Shown piece after piece: positions 25,949 to 37,699 of a stretch of DNA of 64,000 bases. The stretch is from contig NC_057753.1 in NCBI RefSeq assembly GCF_004010195.1, positions 1,943,243-2,007,242 of the forward strand, given 5' to 3'. Below the pieces are notes generated by a model. It was given only the letters and a program-made list of their open reading frames with translations. It was not told the origin of the DNA and did no database searches. This DNA is from Chiloscyllium plagiosum. Its lineage: Eukaryota. Numbering within the stretch: position 1 is the first letter of the stretch; every line of letters begins with the position of its first letter. A program made the position numbers and the translations under genes.

Positions 25949-27419
25949 TTCATATCACAAGGCCTGAAGATTACAATTTCTGCTAAACACCATGAAATCA
26001 TAGGGCTATACATTGAAGTTTCCATTATTGACTAAGTATCTCATAGGATTGGATGCGTTGATTAAGGGGAAGGACCCAGTGACCGTATTGTATATGTTTA
26101 TTGTAGCACATAATGTGTAAACATACTGTACCTCATTGTGAAAATCAAAGCATCATCCATCTTTATTCTGATATGAGGTGAGGATTAAGTGAACAACTAC
26201 ATTCTCATGCCGAGGTTAGATACTGAGGGAATCTTTGTCTCTTTCCCTCCATGAACAGGTGATTGCTTGAATGACAATAAATACTACCTCGAGCCTGAAT
26301 CCTGCCAGCCTCCTGGTCCGTGTTCGGGGGTTTCACTACTCCAGGTATCATGAAGGAAATTGTTGGTGACAGAAGGCATAGATTATCAATTGAATGGCTA
26401 TTCTTGCTCTGAAGTAAATTAAGATGTATGATTTGATGATACATTAAAGAAAGAGCTTGGCATGGTCCAGAAATTGGATATGAGGAAAGTACATATAATT
26501 AAAGACATGATTGGTATGCTTGAAAGTAATCATCATCCAACCATAATGTATGCATATTTGGTTGATGAGAGAAGCAAAGTAGAAATATTTGAAATACTAA
26601 TCTCAATATTTCAATGCTCCTTCAATACTGATGTAGTGAGTAATGATAGAAGTTTTAAAGTATTACATCTCTGAAAGTAAAGTAAAAGGCATAACCCTTT
26701 TTGATTATGAGCCAGTCACCCAAATGGCAATCTGGCGGAGGAAATTATAGAAACCATGATTCAAATATTCTCCATTAGAAAATCATGAGAAAATAATTGG
26801 CAACCTACATGGGTTTGTTAAGCACAAAAGTTAGCAAACATGACTGAATTGACGAAGTTAGATGAATGATGAAGGTACTTACGCTAATGTTCCATTCGTG
26901 ACGTTAATAAGATGTCCCGTACCAATCTTACACATTAGCAAAGCTAAAGCCCGTTGATTAACAAACCCTAGCAGACACAATGTTGATACAAAATGCTTAT
27001 GCAATAGAAAATAGGAAATGAAGGCGAAAGAATGTTTTAAAAATTGAAGGGATGTATGTTATTTTGTCCTTTAGTGATTCGGATCACTGCTGTTTTAATA
27101 TATATTAATTATCTGAGTAGAATTTCAAGGTTTGCAGATGACATACAAGTTGCAAATATAGTCCAGAGTGAAAAAGAGAACACCAAACGTTCAGAAGACA
27201 TTGATTGCAGAAAATGACAGATACACAATAGGTCTCAGATGTGTGGAAATGCAGTTTGGAAGGAAGGATGAGAATAGGCAAGTTAAACAAAGTGGTACAA
27301 AATGCTTGTCTTAAGTGCTGTTAACTGAAGGAACACCGTGCACCCTTTGAGAGAATTTAATCATTTTATTCAGTTCTAATGTGGGCTCTGTGTCGCGTTG
27401 ACAACAGAGAGATAGCGGG

Positions 27420-28077
27420 GCTTAGGTACATAATTCTTTCAAATTTGCATCTCACTTGGATCTTGCGGATAGAAGGTGTTTCACACCCTTGCCCTGATTG
27501 CTCAGACCTTTGAGCTGGGACATCATGTTGAGGTTCTACAGGATGTCGGCGAGATCTCCTCTAGGGTATTGTGTGTAGTTCTTGACGCGATATTATTACA
27601 AGAATATTATTAAACTGGAGAGAGTTCAGAAAATATTTACCAGGGTTTTGTGGTGAATAGGCTGGATAAGCTAGGGATATCGTTTTTACTGGAGGCAGGA
27701 TGTTGAAAGTTGGCCTTTCAGAGTTTTAGAAAATCAGGAGGCGCACAGATAAGTTGAATAGCAAAAGCCTTTTGCCGCAGGTGAGGGAGAGCAAAGCTAG
27801 GTAGCATACTTTTAAGGTGTGAAGAGGAAGACTTTAAAAGGACACGAGGAGCAACCTTTTTGACATGCAGAGTGGTTAGTGTGTGGAACGAACTGCCAGA
27901 CGAAGTGGTGGATGCCGGTCCAGTTACAATGTTTGGAAGACATTCAGATAAGCAAATGGATAGGGATTGTTTGCAGGGATATGAGCCAAACGCAGACAGG
28001 CGTGACTAATTTGGATTGCGAACATGGTTAGCATGGAACTGCTTGGAATGAAAGGTCGGTTTTCGTTTTGTATGACT
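27420..28077 (+). mobile_element. Degenerate CR1 3' fragment
   Basis: gtattgtgtgtagtt...aaactggagagagttcagaaaatatttacc...gtgtggaacgaactgccaga, followed by CR1 3' UTR. Confidence 0.75.
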
Positions 28078-29909
28078 TAAATATGCCGAAGGTGAAAATA
28101 TCCAGCATATCTCAGGAGCACATGCTTCCAAATGGTAGAAGTGAATTTAGTTACGGCCGAAATTCTTCAATGCTCACACAGGTTTAGACAGGATCAACAG
28201 AGCTGTCTTTCTGAGCCAAAGTACTGACAGAGTTTTAGGTTTTGAATTACTTTGTGGAAATACATTATTAACTTTACACAAAAGAAGGAATTTGGAATAC
28301 TCATAAAATTTACCATGGTAGAAACTCTCATATTCCCTTGCCACACTGTACCCCTTAATAAAAGCAATCGACTTAAGAGATCTGAAACAATCTGTCACTT
28401 AGTAAGTTGTATGTCTGTTGTTGCTGAATTAAAGAGAAAGAACGTGTCTGCCTCGCTTTAATCGACTCCTTGCTTTGATTTCTCTTTTCCTCCATTGTGG
28501 AAAGAAACCAAAAGGTACAAAGGGATTTGGTAGATTCCCTGTCATTTGAAAGACAAGAACAGAGTTGCTGGAAATGCTCAGCAGGTCTACCAGCAATGAT
28601 GGAGAGAGACCAGAGTAGACGTTTCAGGTCGAGTGTCCCTTCTTGTTTTTTTTTTGTGTGTCTCTGATGCAATGCATCCGCAATTCTTCAGGTTTTCCCA
28701 TCATTTTTCAGTTTCAGTTAGAGAATCGTTTTTTACGGTCTTTTGAAGCACACGTCAATGTCACTGGATATGAGAGACCTAATCACTCAGTTCATCCGCG
28801 TTGGCAAGTCTATTCAATCCTGTTTTAAACTGGATGAGCCGCTAACGGGGCAGGCCGCTTTCAAAGACGAACGTGTTACGTTTGAAGGGAAAGAAGCGAA
28901 CAACTAATTGGGATAAAAGATATACTGTTCATGCTTTGCTTGGTGGACTTCATCCGGATGCACATTGCCACAGGCACATGACATTTGTCGCTCGCCATGT
29001 CTCAAGTTACATTCAGCTGGTAATCTTTGTTTTGGCTTTTGCAATTTGGTGAAAAATTTGTTTTGGACGTGGAGATATCAAACACCAAATGAAATGGCAG
29101 AACAGCATTGAACGCCCTGGAGATTCATTGCCGCATCTTCACTCATATTATACTGCAGTAGCGATGCCGAATTCAATTTATTAAATAAATATGGTTGTAA
29201 ACGTCGATGGCTCAGTCTGCCTCTGTTGTCAATTGAAAAATCATTTTGCCTGGTATGTAGTACATACAAGGAAAAGAGAACAATTTACATTCCTACAGGT
29301 CATTTATGAACCGGAATTCTTCTCTCAAAAAATGTTTCCTGGCCAATGTAGACTCTTAATTCAAGATTTGTTATTAATGGAAACTCCCACGAACTGCAAT
29401 GGCAGGACTTGAAATTAAAACTCCAGAACATCACCTCGTCTCTGTGAATAGCGATGCCACTTTTTTCCGTGGGCCACTGCAATTAGGAGTCCAAGAGTTT
29501 AAGGCGATGGTCTTCTTATCTAACACGTTTGGCAATGTTGGATCCGATCGCACTCTGGTCGCTATTTCAGCAACTGTGTAACTTCCTGCTGTAGCCATAT
29601 GCTTGTAAGAGCTGCAATCTTATTCTTGTCAATTTATTACACTGGAGAACATGGAATTGTCAGTATTTCAGTGAATAATAGAACAAGGATTAGAAGCCAT
29701 TACCAAAACTTGATTGAAACTTGAATCAAATTTTAATAAAGGAAAAAGGCAAGAATTTCCCTCGTTCACTTGCTTCTATCTTTTGTGGATTTGGCTCCAA
29801 CACAAAATAAACAAGAAGGACCAGGAATTAGACAGAAGGAGGATAATATATTGTGTGCAACATATTTGTTGATTAATTTCTTTCATTTATTGGATGAGTG
29901 AGAAATAAA

Positions 29910-30219
29910 ATCCCTACAGTGTAGAAGTAGGTCATTCAGAATCGATCAGAAATGTCAACTCTGGTCTCTCTCCATCGTTGCTGATGGCTCAGTCTGACAA
30001 TCCAACTAGCATCCTACCTATTCTAACTGCCTTACCCTATCTCGTAACCATGTATTTCTTATAGCCTAGTCACCTTAACTGCACTTCGTTGGACTGTGGG
30101 AGGAAGTTGGAGAACTCAAATTAAACCCACGTGGACATGCTGAGAACATGCAAACTCAATGGAGAATACTTCCTAATCATTGGATCTAACCTGGTCCCTG
30201 GCACTGCTAGGTAGCAGTG
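29910..30219 (-). mobile_element. Diverged V-SINE
   Basis: tccctacagtgtagaa tail region and ggactgtgggaggaa...aaacccacgtggacatg core. Confidence 0.65.
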
Positions 30220-30639
30220 AAAAACTTCTATTCCCCTTATCCAGATTTCATTCATCCTGCTGAGAAACCAATGAGATCAGAGAAACTACAGTCATTGGAT
30301 TTTGTCGATAATTGCATCTAAGAATGAACTGCATTTATTCCTACAGTTGGGATTGAGTCTAATTTGTCGTTGAGATAGGATTTTATATTTTGACAATCGA
30401 TTTTCTGCTTTTTGGTAATCCACTTTCAATCAATATCTTTCTTTAGCTGGTCCTCAAGCTCTTCAAATCCGAAAATGGACAATGAATTATGAGTACTCTC
30501 TGTATTTTCTTTACTGTCCTCAATGCTCACAATGGGGTCTGCACTACATTGGAAAGCGCAGACACCTGTTGGATCATTACTTCTTGGAATATTTTAAACT
30601 TCAGCCTGCAAACTGGACACAGAGCTTCCAATTACTGTG

Positions 30640-30782
30640 ATTTTCCGCGCCCCTCCCACTCTGGCCTTGGCCTCCTGCAGTTCTTCAAGGGAACTGAATG
30701 GGAGCTGTAGGAAAAGCAGCTTGTCTTTCATTTCAGCACGTTCCAAGTTTCCAGACTCAACATGAAATTTAGCAGTTTCCGC
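30640..30782 (+). mobile_element. Old PLE fragment (C-terminus of the GIY-YIG region)
   Basis: Translates LGLLQFFKGTEWEL*EKQLVFHFSTFQVSRLNMKFSSF, which aligns with LGLLHRQTMATRRLEEERLIFCLGTPQPQGMNSDFSRF of the 62 kb element. Confidence 0.55.
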
Positions 30783-31353
30783 AAAATAGGAAGGTTGTCA
30801 AGATCTGGAACACTTGCCTTGAAAAGGTACTGGAACCTGATTCTATGAATAGATCATGCCCATCAGTTCCCACCCAATTGAAGTAGTTCTTGACTCACTC
30901 CCCTTTCAGTCACAAACAATCTCAAATTCATTAATCAAAAGCATACTTAATTTTTGAATTCCCTCTAAATATGCTGATGTATTTTAGCAGGCATGATAGA
31001 GAGAGGGAATATATAAAGAATGGAACATTTTCAAAGCGGGGATCAAGGGAACTGCGTTCCATGAACATATATGTTTGAGCGTACGGGGATATACTTGTCG
31101 TCAGCAAAGCAAATTTGATCCCGAGCTTGATATTGAGACAAAATGGAGGCAAATAGCATTGGACATTTATGAAGCTGTTGTTAGGCCACAACTCGTGTGT
31201 TTTACTCACTACGGTCACCACAGTTTATAAAGGTTGATGTTTCTCAGGATCCTGAAGAATATTTTAATCGAATGATTCAGCACAGGAGGTTCAGAAGTCA
31301 TGTGATTAGGTTACAAGCTTAGGAACAGATTTAAATAAGGTGGAGAAAAACAA

Positions 31354-31667
31354 TGTATTCCTATTGCCAGAGCAGAAGAGATACATTTTGTCTGCCTTTT
31401 GTTTTAAAATCATAGCTTGTAAGGTTTGGTAACAGGATGAATTGAAGGCCAGGATCAGCTTTCCAGCAAAATAAAGAGTGGTGTGAATGCGAAGTCATTA
31501 TTTAATTGATTGGTGACAGCTACTGATTTGATTATAAAGCAGAGGGTACTTTCAGATTGAAGCTGAATCGGGAGAAAACTTGCAGAGTGGGGTGCAACAT
31601 TAAAAAAAAATAAAATTAAGGGCAAAATGATTAAAAAAGAGATGTTAGGCTGGATGATATGTTGTAA
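31354..31667 (+). repeat. ~310-bp direct repeat, copy A (copy B at 34639-34951)
   Basis: Long identical runs in both copies, e.g. ccagagcagaagagatacattttg, ttgaaggccaggatcagc, aaagcagagggtactttcagattgaag. Confidence 0.9.
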
Positions 31668-31744
31668 CTACATGATATGGGAATTTGTGGATCCCATTCT
31701 GGTTCATCGTAACCAAATCTGCAGAAAGTAAAAACCGGAAGAAC

Positions 31745-31925
31745 CCCAGATGCAGTATATCAGCAACAAAAACAGAAATTTCTGGAAAAGCACACCAGGT
31801 GTGACCCTAGCTGTGAAGATAGATCAGAGTTAACTTTTCAGATTCAGTGAACCTTCCTCAGAAATGATTTCTGTGATTGCTGTCCACATGTGCTGCCAGA
31901 TATGCTGAGTTTCTGTAGCAAAGTT
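31745..31925. mobile_element. Degenerate palindromic PLE-derived repeat with a hammerhead-like core on the minus strand
   Basis: Minus strand at ~31829-31862 reads CTGAGGA-A-GGTTC-ACT-GAATC-T-GAAA-AGTT. Same family as 9285-9495. Confidence 0.55.
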
Positions 31926-32102
31926 CGATGACTTGACGCACTCTGGATCAGAGTTGATGAGCTGGAGTCGGAAGCCGAATTCTAAAACACAGTGGGGATT
32001 TGGAGAGTTGCCTGGATGCTCAGTCTCAGGAGGTGGTCATACCCGCTAGGTTAACTAACTGGAAGTCACTGTGGTTCTGTTCGCCGAGCTGGAAGTTTTT
32101 GT

Positions 32103-32143
32103 TGCAAACGTTTCGTCCCCTGTCTAGGTGACATCCTCAGTGC
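32103..32143 (-). ncRNA. Minimal type I hammerhead ribozyme motif (intact core)
   Basis: GCA-CUGAGGA-U-GUC-A-CCU-AGAC-AGG-G-GAC-GAAA-CGUU^UGC. Stem I is GCA/UGC, stem II is GUC/GAC plus CCU/AGG, and palindromic ACGU replaces stem III. Confidence 0.8.
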
Positions 32144-32419
32144 TTGGGAGCCTCCTGTGAAGCGCTTCTGTGGTGTTTCCTCCGGCACTTATAGTGGCCT
32201 GTCCCTGCCGCTTCCGGTTGTCAGTTTCAGCTGCCCACTGTAGTGGCCGGTATATTGGGTCCTGGTCGATGTGTTTGTTGATGGAGTTTGTGGATGAGTG
32301 CCATTCTTCTAGGAATTCCCTGGCTGTTCTTTGTTTGGCTTGCCCTATAATGGTAGTGTTGTCCCAGTCGAATTCATGTTGCTTGTCTGGGACAACACTA
32401 CCATTATAGGGCAAGCCAA

Positions 32420-32460
32420 GCACTGAGGATGTCACCTAGACAGGGGACGAAATGTTTGCA
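32420..32460 (+). ncRNA. Minimal hammerhead motif, inverted copy with one C>T after GAAA
   Basis: CUGAGGA at 32423-32429, the same stem II, GAAA at 32449-32452, then UGUU^UGC. Confidence 0.7.
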
Positions 32461-33067
32461 ACAAAAACTTCCAGCTCGGCGAACAGAACCACAGTAACGA
32501 GCACCCGAGCTACAAATCTTCTCACAAACTTTAACTGGAAGTCAGTCATGGACAGTCATGTGACCATGAGTGCGGCAGGTAGAATGATACGGTGGGTCGA
32601 CCTGAAGGAAGCAAAACACATGTGTTTATTGCTTAGTGTCGGGTCTCAAACTCTTCCTGTGATGTGTTCTTTATTTCAACACACTTTGGTTAACAAAAGC
32701 AGGTTCGGTCAACTTGAAAAAAATGCTGGAATATCCAGCGAGGTTCTGTGGAGCGGAAAACATATTTTATGTTGTGTGGTGTCTCTGTTTCTGGACACAC
32801 AGCTGTTTCACTTTTCATAGATATTGACAGTCATATTTTCCAATGTGGATGTCAAAAAATTGATTGCAGAGGGACTAGAATTCTGAGACACCATTTACAT
32901 ATAAATGGGCTCACATTTAAATGGAGATGAAAGAAATAATGAGGAGGCATGTTCATTGCATGTTCATTTCTGATAGAGTTAGTTATGTTTCTGGTTAACA
33001 GCGGAATCAACCATTGTTGGCGTATGCAGGATTATGGTATTTATGTTCCGTTCAGATCAGTCTTGAT

Positions 33068-33650
33068 GTTAGAATCATCAAGTTGTACAACACAGAAACA
33101 AATCTTCCGTCCAATACGTCCATTTAGACCATATATATATATATATATATATATTTAATCCAATGCCATTTGCCAGCAATTGGCCTATATCTCTCTAAAG
33201 TCTTGCTATTCATTAATTCACTCGGATGCTCTTAAATGGTGAAACTGTATCAACCTCTACCACCTCCTCTGGCAGTTTAGTCCATACAAGTACCATCCTC
33301 CACATTAAAAAAACTTCCCCTTTAGGTCCGTTTTCAAAATTTCCCCTCTTACCTTAAACTTATGCCATCTAGACCTGGACTCCCCTTCCTTGGGAAAGAA
33401 AAGATTATTTGTGTTATCTTTGCCCCAACTTGTTTTTTAGAAACCACTGCAAGGTCAGCATTCAGACTCTGAATGTCCAGAGAGGATAACTCCAGCCTGT
33501 TCAGCTTCTCCCTATAGCACAAATACTTCAAACTGGGCAATCTCCTTTTAAATGGTTTGTGAACCCTTTCAGGTTTGCGAACACCTTCCCTGAAACAGGG
33601 AATTGAATGCAGGATTACCAAAGTAGCCTAACCAACCGTGTTGTATAGCT
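33068..33650 (-). mobile_element. Degenerate CR1 3' fragment containing an (AT)12 tract at 33131-33154
   Basis: Peptide ERVHKPFKRRLPSLKYLCYREKLNRLEL plus CR1 3' UTR. Confidence 0.75.
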
Positions 33651-34076
33651 AAGCACAATCAAAGAGCTGAATGGCATATTCTTGATATTTATACTTACGT
33701 TTACCTGCCGAGTCATTTTGAAGCTATCCATGGGTGTAACCATGAAACTCAGACATTTAGAATACGTTGTTGACTTTGGATGGAATTGATTGAGGCCTTT
33801 GTCCTCTGCGTTGAAACAGTATTGCCAAATCTTTCCTTTCAAGGAGCTCAGTGGCAGAAAGAGATCCTCATCATAGTTCACGAAAAATCTTCCATGCTTC
33901 TGTAAATGTTGAAATGATGGCTTGTTCATAAAAGTCGAGGTCCTTGATGTATACCAGGAAGAACAGATGAACCCTTGTTGATCAACTAACGTAACTTTCT
34001 TCCAGTTCAAAATGTAACTGTTAATGACTATTTCATGCCAATCAGACATATTAATATCATTATTATTACCGTCATT

Positions 34077-34632
34077 TCATGTTGCAGTTGTATAAGACTC
34101 TGGTGCGGCCGCATCTGGAGTATTGTGTGCAGTTTTGGTTGCCATACTATAGGAAGGATGTGGAGGCACTGAAACGGGTGCAGAGGAGATTTACCAGGAT
34201 GTTGCCTGGTATGGTAGGAAGATCGTATGAGGAAAGGCTGAGGCACTTGGGGTTGTTTTCATTGGAGAAAAGAAGGTTTAGGAGTGACTTGATAGAGGTG
34301 TACAAGATGATTAGGGGTTTAGATAGGGTTGACCGTGACAACCTTTTCCCCCGTATGGAGTCAGCTATTACAAAGGGGCATAGCTTTAAATTAAGGGTTG
34401 GTAGGTATAGGACAGATGTTAGGGGTAGGTTCTTTACTCAGCGAGTCGTGAGTTCATGGAATGCCCTGCCAGTAGCAGTGGTGGACTCTCCCTCTTTATG
34501 GGCATTTAAGCGGGCATTGGATAGGCATATGGAGGATAGTGGGCTAGTGTAGGTTAGGTGGGCTTGGATCGGCGCAACATCGAGGTCCGAAGGGCCTGTA
34601 CTGCGCTGTATTCTTCTATGTTCTATGTTCTA
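34077..34632 (+). mobile_element. Young 5'-truncated CR1 (open 157-aa ORF2 C-terminus, 3' UTR, tail)
   Basis: LYKTLVRPHLEYCVQFW...LKRVQRRFTRMLPG...FFTQRVVSSWNALP, uninterrupted, with a (ttctatg)n tail. Confidence 0.93.
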
Positions 34633-34638
34633 CACCAT

Positions 34639-34951
34639 TGTATTCCTAGCACCAGAGCAGAAGAGATACATTTTGGTGGTGTTTTGTTTTAAAATCGTAG
34701 CTTGTAAAGTTTTGTAACAGGATAAGTTGAAGGCCAGGATCAGCGTTCCACCAAAAAAAAGTGGCATGAAAGTGAAGTCATAATTTCATTCATTGGTGAC
34801 AGCTACTGATATGTTTACAAAGCAGAGGGTACTTTCAGATTGAAGGTGAATCGGGAAAATATTTGCAGATTGGGGTGCAACATTTTAAAAAAAATCAAAT
34901 TAAGGGCAAAATGTTTAAAAAAGAGATGTTAAGCTGGGTGATATGTTGTAC
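34639..34951 (+). repeat. ~310-bp direct repeat, copy B
   Basis: See 31354-31667. Confidence 0.9.
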
Positions 34952-37510
34952 GTTTCTTTTTTTTATGTTCATCACACCAATTTTGTTACTTCCATCAAAA
35001 TTCTGGTAACTGAACAGAAATGTGATATACAAAAACCTTTGGATATTTTCCTTGATAAATCTGTGCAAGATTTCCTGGCATAACAAACTCTTGTCTTATT
35101 CATGGATTCATCCAAATGAAACTGTTTACCAAATTACCATTCCTTCCACCGTTTCTGCTAACATTCCCTAACATCGAGGTCAATGTTGCCAGCCTCTGAT
35201 GCTGCTGTCAAACTTTCCCTCATGGTTGGTGAATATTTAATATTACTTACTTGAAGTGATTAAATTTCATTTATAATAAAACGACAATCGGTAAAGAACT
35301 CGATAATTAAGAAATATATAAATGACAAATAACAAATGGCGATCAACAAGTGAATTATTGCTGAAGATCAGTCAGCCTGTTGCTATTGCAGTCCGCAAAA
35401 ACACCGCAGACGTTTAAAATTTGAAATACGAGCAGAAAACGCTGCAAAAGCTCAATGTCGTCAATACATTCAGTTGAGACAGAAATTGGTTCATGTTTGA
35501 AGAGTGTGAGTAAATGAAAGGGAGCAGGCGTTGATGTGGGGCAGACGTGGGTAGAAGAAGAGAGGGAATGTCCCAGTTCGTGAAGATGGCTGGAGGAATT
35601 AAATAATTTTCTCCATGTTCATCACATGAATTATATTACTGTCATCAACATTCTGGTACCTCAACAAAAAAAAAAGACACGTAAAACATATTTCACTAAA
35701 TGCATCTGTGCAGACCTTCCTGAATTAAGAAACATTTGTCCTAACCATTTATAGAATGACCATTTTTAACCATTTCCTACATTCACGGTGAAACTAACTC
35801 TGGTGCTGCTGTTAATCTTCGATTGATGATTAGTGAAGAATTCATGCTGTTGCCAGCAATTGTGATATGAAAACAGAGAAGCGATTTAATTGCAATTAGT
35901 ATTAAATTTACACCGATAAAGAAATCTAAAATTAAGCACACTTCACAAGATGTAAACTACCAATCATAAATGAAGTTCCCTCGGTGAATTACTAATAAAG
36001 ATCAGTTGATCTGTTGGTATTGTCGAACCGAAAACCACAGTGGATGTTGCCAATTTGGTATAGGAATAGGAAATGCTAGAGATTCCTAAACCTTCGATAG
36101 TTTCAGTGGATATAGAAATAAGTTCACGTTTCAGGAGTGTGAGCAAGTGAGAGGGATTAGGGATGGATATGGGGCGGAGATGTGAAGATGAATAGGGTGG
36201 AAAAACTGGGAAATTTGTGAACTCAATGGGAACAGGCAAGAATAAAGAATACTTCTGCATGAGGAGTGAACAGATAAGTAGAAACCTTGAACGTTAATGA
36301 AAGCACAAAAACACAAGATCAGAAAACAAAGCCAGAAATACCAAATCAAATCAAATGGTATAATTCTTGAACATGTACCGCTCAAGGCTGAGAAATGTCT
36401 CCTGTTACTGCCTAGTTCAGAACAGACCTGCGAACTTTGCTTATTCCCTCTCAGGGGTGCTCAGATCAGGAGGTTACTTCCCTTTCCCAACCCTGGCACA
36501 ACAGAGACGAACATTGGACAGTCTCACTTCCGGGAAGTTCTGGTTAATGATTCAGGAAGCTGGTCGATTGTAAGTTTCTACTGATCCAGTCCTGAATGAC
36601 AGCCAAGTCAGTATGGCATCTGCCTTGGAAGTATTGGTATTCCAATTTTCCTACAATGCTTGCCTTTCTGCAGAATGTGGGTGAGCATCTGAGGAATTTG
36701 TCAAACCCCGGTCCGTTTATACATATAATAAATTCTTCATCCCTGCTTGTCTCGCCCCTCCATCTCCATCTTTTGTTTTCAAGCACTTCCCTGAAGGAGA
36801 TGTGCAAACCACTCTAGTTTATAATGACAATCCAGCAACTTACATGGTGATTATATTTTACTCAGTGTCAGCTTCAAGCATGACGAGATTCATTACGTCG
36901 ATTTCACAACGAGGCGGTGTTTAGGAAATTCTCTGTTTTTTTCCCTTCTGTATCAGGCTTATAGGAAATTAGTGGGTTGGATTTGCAGTCAGGAAACTCA
37001 ATAGCACATCAGAATTGCAAGCATACTATCTCTTTCTTGCAAGGAAATGTTGGAATGAATATATGGGAGCAGCGCAGAACCAGTCTGGCCTGCAAAGTTA
37101 GGTTTGTATTGAAGGCCAGTTGTAAAACACTTTCTTGACATTGAGCGTCACTAGGAACATTGGGAGTCATGATGGTCTCCTGTTTTATAAAATACCCGTA
37201 TCCCAGATCATCATGCTCTTTTGACGTGTGATGCTAGGCAAATTTATGATGGCAGTATTAGATATGCCTTCATTTTCACCAGGTGTTTCTCCTTGAACCA
37301 ATTCTTGCCATTTTAATTCCATGTGTTTGTACGAACAAGTACCGATGTGTATCCAGGGACTGTCCATTACAATAAAGAAGGTAAAGCATGAGAATTCAAG
37401 AGTACAGCTTAATTAAGGTGACACTTCTAAATGATCATGAAAAACAATGTCTAGACAGCAACGTTGAATTCATGTTGCGTTTCACTGTGATTTAGGCGAT
37501 TTTCATGCAA

Positions 37511-37623
37511 TCACTGTAGAAATAATTGAAACATGAGTGTCAGTGGACATTTCACATGTTTCATTAACTGCACGCTGAATTTACTCTGAGTCCCTGCATA
37601 AATAAATGGGTTGGTGCATGAAC
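37511..37623 (-). pseudogene. 3' coding remnant (TM7, helix 8, stop) of a third GPCR paralog
   Basis: Minus strand translates SCTNPFIYAGTQSKFSVQLMKHVKCPLTLMFQLFLQ*. The adjacent ~36200-37510 is homologous to the downstream flanks of copies 1 and 2. Homology stops abruptly at ~37623. Confidence 0.85.
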
Positions 37624-37699
37624 AAGAACATGAGTAGGTCATTCATCCCTTCGATCCTGCTCCTTTGTCAGTTGATGCAGCATTTGAGTAAAACTATTT

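Larger units (their letters stand above)
17915..27900. repeat. Duplicated spacer block, paralogous to 37700-42740
   Basis: Anchors: ~17940 vs ~37720 (caatt-gactca-ataaaa); ~23025 vs ~39540 (tgaaca-aaatggcttccct); ~23585 vs ~40050 (tcaatatttgaagg); ~27078 vs ~41948 (ttcggatcactg...ttttaatatatattaat). Confidence 0.8.
32069..32531. mobile_element. Young Penelope-like insertion: 3' ORF fragment with inverted pLTRs and a 37-nt tail, 13-bp TSD
   Basis: TSD taactggaagtca at 32056-32068 and 32532-32544. 79-bp inverted arms at 32069-32147 and 32416-32494 (1 mismatch). Minus-strand peptide HEFDWDNTTIIGQAKQRTAREFLEEWH resembles a PLE endonuclease C-terminus. Confidence 0.88.

Noticed and set aside
29399..29581. 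60-aa ORF faintly resembling an Ig-domain start
   Set aside because: It lacks the required Cys and Trp and is too short to support.
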